NCBI GenBank assembly: GCA_011605725.1
Contig: JAAOZP010000016.1
Coordinates: 1-63,562 of the forward strand
Length of the DNA: 63,562 bases
Direction of reading: 5' to 3'
From: Nitrososphaerota archaeon
GTDB lineage: Archaea > Thermoproteota > EX4484-205 > JAAOZP01
In this document: positions 59,189 to 63,562 of the stretch, one piece after another
How the letters are laid out: each line of letters opens with the position of its first letter
Position numbering within the stretch: the first letter of the stretch is position 1
Position numbers and translations under genes: made by a program
The notes under the pieces: generated by a model
The model's database searches: none
The model's input: the letters and a program-made list of their open reading frames with translations, nothing else
Told to the model about the DNA's origin: nothing

Positions 59189-61627
59189 TTACATTATACC
59201 GTATCTTCTGAATACTCGCACTTTTACAGGATCTATGCTTAATGTAAATATCGCTGAATATGTTAATGCTACAATGGTTTTATCCAATCCTATTGGTGTT
59301 AGCACGAACCTGCTCGTTCCTAAAACAATAAACACTGCTAAAACGCCTGCAATAGACAGAGTCAATTCTTTTCCTGGTCTGGATTTCCAGAATTCTCTTC
59401 TTTCTCTTACAATCATGATTCTAAATTGACTTGTAAATACCATTATAAGTAAAATGAAAGTTTGCATCTGTTGTAACGTAAATCGATATATTGCTGATCC
59501 GACAAGTATTGCTATAAGGCCCTCTACTAAAAGTAAAGAACCGAGAATAGATGATGCATACACAATATCCTTTACCCTCCATTTGCTTGGATTTGTTGCC
59601 GGTGTTGCGTTGTCTGTTGCAAGAGACATTGTTGCAAAGTCATTTGAAAATACGAGCAACGTCATGCCTAAAAGCGAGATTATATCATATCTCAATATGA
59701 AGAATCCTATTGCGAGCAGTAGCGTGAACTGCACCGTCTTCGTAATCTTGTTTATGATCCATGTCAGAGCTCTTTGATAAACCTCTCTACCTGTCGCTAG
59801 AATATCTACAACACCTTCTAATCCAAACTTAAGTAAAACAGCGCCTGCAGAAGCCTTCGCAACGTCAGTTGCATTTGCAACAGCTATACCGAGTTCAGCT
59901 TGTTTTAATGCTGGCGCATCGTTAACACCATCACCCATAACACCAACTATGTGTCCTTTGGCCTGAAGGCTCTTGACAATTATATACTTATCCTCCGGAT
60001 AGACTTCTGCAAAGACACTGGCTTCCTCAATAACTTTGCCTTTATCATCTTCACCCGCCTTCCTAAGATATTCTCCTTTAACGATTTTTTTGCCAATGCC
60101 AACCTGCCTGGCTATTTCCTTAGCGATAAGCGCATTATCCCCTGTAACCATCTTGGGTTCTACGCCCAGTCTCTTAATGTTTTCTATAAGCTCTCTAGCA
60201 TTAGGCCTTGGAGAATCCACTAACGCTAATAATCCAGTAAATCTAAAACTAGCATCTTCTTTAACTGCTACGGCTAGAGATCTGTAGCCTTTCTCAGCCA
60301 GCTCCTCAGAAATCCTCATGGCTTCGGCTTTCTCGCTATCACTGGTCACAAGCTCCGCAACTATTTGCGGAGCACCTTTAACAACCACGAGCCTTTTACC
60401 ATTGGCTTCAACCATGGCTTCAGTCCTTTTTATCGATGGGTCGAATGGCTTGAACTCGATAAGTTCGTGTTTCCTCCTAGGTAACCCTTTAGATTTCGCG
60501 TATTCTACGACAATTTGGTCTATTAAATCCTTGCCATCTTGGCTAGAGGAGTAGAAAGCATGTTCTATAACATCGTCTACCGAATAGTTGTTAAAGGGTA
60601 TAACATTTACTATAGAAGACCTATTCTCCGTTATTGTACCGGTCTTATCAAGACACATAACGTCGATTGAGGCAGCATCCTCTATAGAGCCCAGTTTAGT
60701 TACTAGAACCTCCTTGGAGGCAAGCCTCATTGCACCTACAGCCTGCATAATGGTTAACACAGCAGGTAAAGCAACAGGAACAGCTCCCATTAGAATAGTT
60801 ACAGCAAACGTGACCAACGCTACAGGAGTATTTTTTAAACCCATCATAATAGCGAATACTAACGCTGCCACTATTGCCGCTACACCTATATACATGCTGT
60901 ACTTCGTTATTTGAAGCATGACTTCTTGTTGATGAGACTTTGGCTGAGCTGTTTTAACGAGCTCAACAGTCCTACCGAAATATGTGTTTTTACCAATATT
61001 GGTGATTACAGTCTTAACTTGTCCTCTTTTGAGAATTGACCCAGCATAGATCACGTTACCCACTGAAACTTCAACAGGGAGAGATTCCCCTGTCAACATA
61101 GACTGATCCACAAGAGCATTGCCCTCAATAATCTTGCAGTCAGCTGGAACGATATCGCCGAGACCCAGAGCAGCTATGTCCCCAGGAACGATAAACTTTG
61201 CATCCATAGTGATCCATTTACCATCTCTCAAAACCCTAGCCCCTATGGCCAGCTTGGACCTTAAAAGCCTCAGAACTCTCTCGCTCGTTCGAGTGTGACG
61301 GAAACCTATAAATGCATTAACAACTATTAGAGTAGCTATTATCAAAGCCTCAACATAATGCTCAATGATAATGGATAACACTATAGCCACTTCTAAAAGC
61401 CATGGCATAGGTCCCCACAGCCTTTTCAAAAAGTCATTTAGGAGACTCTTCCTCTCTTCTTCAACGTAGTTATAGCCGTAAATACGAAGCCTCCTTCCAG
61501 CTTCATCACTAGAAAGACCATCCACATCTGACTCAAGATACTTCAAAGTTTCACTTATACTCATCTTTTCGAATTCTTTGGACGGGATGAGTTTCATCAT
61601 GATAGCCTTCAGCTGTTGATTAACCAA
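59189..61627 (-). CDS. P-type ATPase, proton-efflux (IIIA) type
   Basis: WGPMPWLLE, TGES, PVALPAV, DKTGT, KGAP, TGD, GDGVNDAP, ND in TM6. Confidence 0.92.
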   Translation of the reverse strand: MVNQQLKAIMMKLIPSKEFEKMSISETLKYLESDVDGLSSDEAGRRLRIYGYNYVEEERKSLLNDFLKRLWGPMPWLLEVAIVLSIIIEHYVEALIIATLIVVNAFIGFRHTRTSERVLRLLRSKLAIGARVLRDGKWITMDAKFIVPGDIAALGLGDIVPADCKIIEGNALVDQSMLTGESLPVEVSVGNVIYAGSILKRGQVKTVITNIGKNTYFGRTVELVKTAQPKSHQQEVMLQITKYSMYIGVAAIVAALVFAIMMGLKNTPVALVTFAVTILMGAVPVALPAVLTIMQAVGAMRLASKEVLVTKLGSIEDAASIDVMCLDKTGTITENRSSIVNVIPFNNYSVDDVIEHAFYSSSQDGKDLIDQIVVEYAKSKGLPRRKHELIEFKPFDPSIKRTEAMVEANGKRLVVVKGAPQIVAELVTSDSEKAEAMRISEELAEKGYRSLAVAVKEDASFRFTGLLALVDSPRPNARELIENIKRLGVEPKMVTGDNALIAKEIARQVGIGKKIVKGEYLRKAGEDDKGKVIEEASVFAEVYPEDKYIIVKSLQAKGHIVGVMGDGVNDAPALKQAELGIAVANATDVAKASAGAVLLKFGLEGVVDILATGREVYQRALTWIINKITKTVQFTLLLAIGFFILRYDIISLLGMTLLVFSNDFATMSLATDNATPATNPSKWRVKDIVYASSILGSLLLVEGLIAILVGSAIYRFTLQQMQTFILLIMVFTSQFRIMIVRERREFWKSRPGKELTLSIAGVLAVFIVLGTSRFVLTPIGLDKTIVALTYSAIFTLSIDPVKVRVFRRYGIM

Positions 61628-61841
61628 ACGCTCGATTAAATACTTATTGCATAATAGTACATCAATAGATCATCCAGAAATTCGTTAGGATATAATGCTC
61701 TTAACATCATCTATTACCACGAGTTCGTCCTTATGGTGGGCGTAAAGGTCGTGTTCCTTTAGTATGATCCTCATCTCGACCTCTGCGGGAACCTCAAAAA
61801 CCTTAGATGCAAAGACAGTAAGCTTGTAGTATCGAGAAGAT

Positions 61842-62020
61842 TTTCTGCCCACTAAGCTGCCAAGGGGTGAAAGACAAAGAGTTGCTATCGCAAGGGCCTC
61901 GCCAACGACCCAAAGAACATCTTAGCAGATGAGCCAACTGGAAATCTCGATTCAGTTTCAAAGGCCTAACAAAAAAATGGAAGAACAATCGTCCTAGGGA
62001 CGCATGGCGAAGAAGTAGCT
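61842..62020 (+). pseudogene. LolD/MacB-type ABC ATPase fragment
   Basis: GERQRVAIARA-(fs)-LANDPKNILADEPTGNLDS..GRTIVLGTH, ending at CTAGCGCGCGCTAG. Confidence 0.8.
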
Positions 62021-62634
62021 AGCGCGCGCTAGGAACTGGACGTTTTACAATGAGCATGATCCTGTTAAGAGCTATGAGGACCACCATAGCGTGTGCAAAA
62101 TATTCAGAAAATGCGGAAATGCAAAAATGGCTCTGCTGAAGTATCGGGAAGAAGAAATAGTAAAAAGAATGCGCCATCCTGTGTTCATTAAGAAATTAGT
62201 GGGGAAACCTTCAATGAAGGAATAAACAACTTGTTGAGCAAACTGTTAATGCTAAAAGAAAAAGATACAAGTTGGTTGGTAATAAAGAATGAATTTGAGA
62301 GTTTAAAGCAGTTACCCTTGATTTATTCTTATCCTTATCTAAATAGGCAGAATGAACAGGATAGAGTCCTTATATGGAAAGGAGAGAATTTCAGGTTAAC
62401 AATTTGCAAGTTTTAAGAAAAATATCAGGTTATTAGAGGATTCATGAAACTAGGATCAGTACGCTAAGAACTAAGCTAATCTATGACCTGTAATATTTGC
62501 AACCGGTGCATATGCCAAGCCTTACGGCAAAGAAAAGAAGTGAACTATTCGGACAAGAAAAACACTATTAGGCACATTAGATATCCGTAAATCTTAAAAG
62601 CGGCTTCAAGACCCTATACTTGCACAGAAAACAG

Positions 62635-62767
62635 GCGGGGGTTGCCGAGCCAGGTCAACGGGACTAGACTAGAGGCGCTGGACTTAAGATCCAGTCCCGT
62701 AGAAAAATGCGGAAAGATTTAAATATATGCGCGGAAGGGTTCGTGGGTTCAAATCCCACCCCCCGCA
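62635..62767 (+). tRNA. tRNA-Leu(TAA) with D-loop intron (62659-62672) and variable-arm intron (62703-62736)
   Basis: GCGGGGG/CCCCCGC-A, CTGGA CT TAA GA TCCAG; BHB helices GGTC/GACT and CCGT/GCGG. Confidence 0.88.
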
Positions 62768-62810
62768 CTTCATTTGAAATATTCATATTAGCAATTCTTC
62801 AAAGTAATTA

Positions 62811-63213
62811 TTACTTGACTTTTATTCCTCTACTGACTAGGAATTCGTTCTCAAATTCCTTATTGAAAAACATCTCCCTGGCTTCGTTAATAGCGTCAAC
62901 CCTCTTCATGGTCTCGTTGATTAACTGCTCATCATCCATACCTGTTGAGTCGAAGGTCGTGAAGAATCCTGATTCGGTATCTATTCTGAACTCGACTTCT
63001 AAGCCATGTTTTTCGCTAACCCTCCTAGCTACCTCGATTCCCCACATATGTTTCTTAGCGAAGTACGCGATGGTCCCCCCTTCTTAATGTAATCCTCGAA
63101 CCTCCTCTGCTTGAAATCCTCGATGATCCTGTCTTCCTCCTCATCCTCCTTTTGTAAGATCCTTTTCTTTTCCTCCTCGGTCTTCGCCCCCTTGTACTTC
63201 TGCTTGTACTTCC
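62811..63213 (-). pseudogene. 5'-truncated, frameshifted paralog of immunity gene 37551-38210
   Basis: Near-identical protein ([51 protein letters not shown]); similarity begins at the (GC)n tract 63213-63220. Confidence 0.88.
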
Positions 63214-63309
63214 GCGCGCTTACAAGAAGCTTGGTTTAAAACGCGTCGTCTAGGTGGTTTAGTAAGGTTTTTAACGTCTTACCGTATTTTCCTGCATAGA
63301 CGTAATGGC

Positions 63310-63562
63310 ATGAAGTGTTTGATTTCTGTTTCCAGCGCTCCGGTTGCTAGGCTTGGAGATAAGGAGTATTACGATTTAATCGGCACTGTAGGCGTGATGA
63401 AGAAGATTCTATCCGAGTCGATTGTGGATGGTTTTGAGCTGCAGCTTGAGCCGGAATGGGATAGTGAGAATCCTCCTTTGACTGACGGGGATCTTGCAGA
63501 TTGGACCAAGACCCCTAAGTATACGGCTAGGGAAATACTGGATGTTTTGAAAAAGGAGGCAC
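63310..63562 (+). CDS. N-terminus of a protein, possibly xylose-isomerase-like TIM barrel (3' truncated)
   Basis: Open frame MKCLISVSSAP..VDGFELQL to window end. Confidence 0.5.
   Translation, partial: MKCLISVSSAPVARLGDKEYYDLIGTVGVMKKILSESIVDGFELQLEPEWDSENPPLTDGDLADWTKTPKYTAREILDVLKKEA

Noticed and set aside
62040-62600. AT-rich stretch with the 62231-62416 ORF
   Set aside because: Looks like decayed foreign coding DNA but I cannot assign a family.
1-63562. CRISPR array, cas genes, rRNA
   Set aside because: No regularly spaced repeats or recognisable sequences; the (GC)n motifs are short and irregularly spaced.

Overview
Archaeal chromosomal window (TiaS, aPelota, aRF1, Top6A, AglH, archaeal SRP RNA, BHB-type tRNA introns); a TACK/Thermoproteota lineage such as Brockarchaeota or Bathyarchaeia is plausible but inferred. 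Backbone: housekeeping genes, a glycosylation cluster with a ribophorin-I-like protein, sugar catabolism (FGGY kinase, class II aldolase, ALDH, GH10, GH3, NagB), proBA, a pst operon, a HEPN-MNT pair and a P-type ATPase. Three linked oddities stand out. (1) A candidate polymorphic toxin system: a 2445-aa membrane-anchored protein with a C-terminal PD-(D/E)XK nuclease and an overlapping immunity-like gene sits between two tRNAs; an orphan toxin-tip/immunity cassette and two decayed immunity copies lie beside other tRNAs. (2) Short alternating (GC)n, often palindromic, tracts sit at the breakpoints of truncated or deleted genes, like repair or recombination scars. (3) Ten tRNA genes carry 16 introns; tRNA-Asn has four, and two introns consist largely of the same (GC)n tract. 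All alignments and folds were done by eye.
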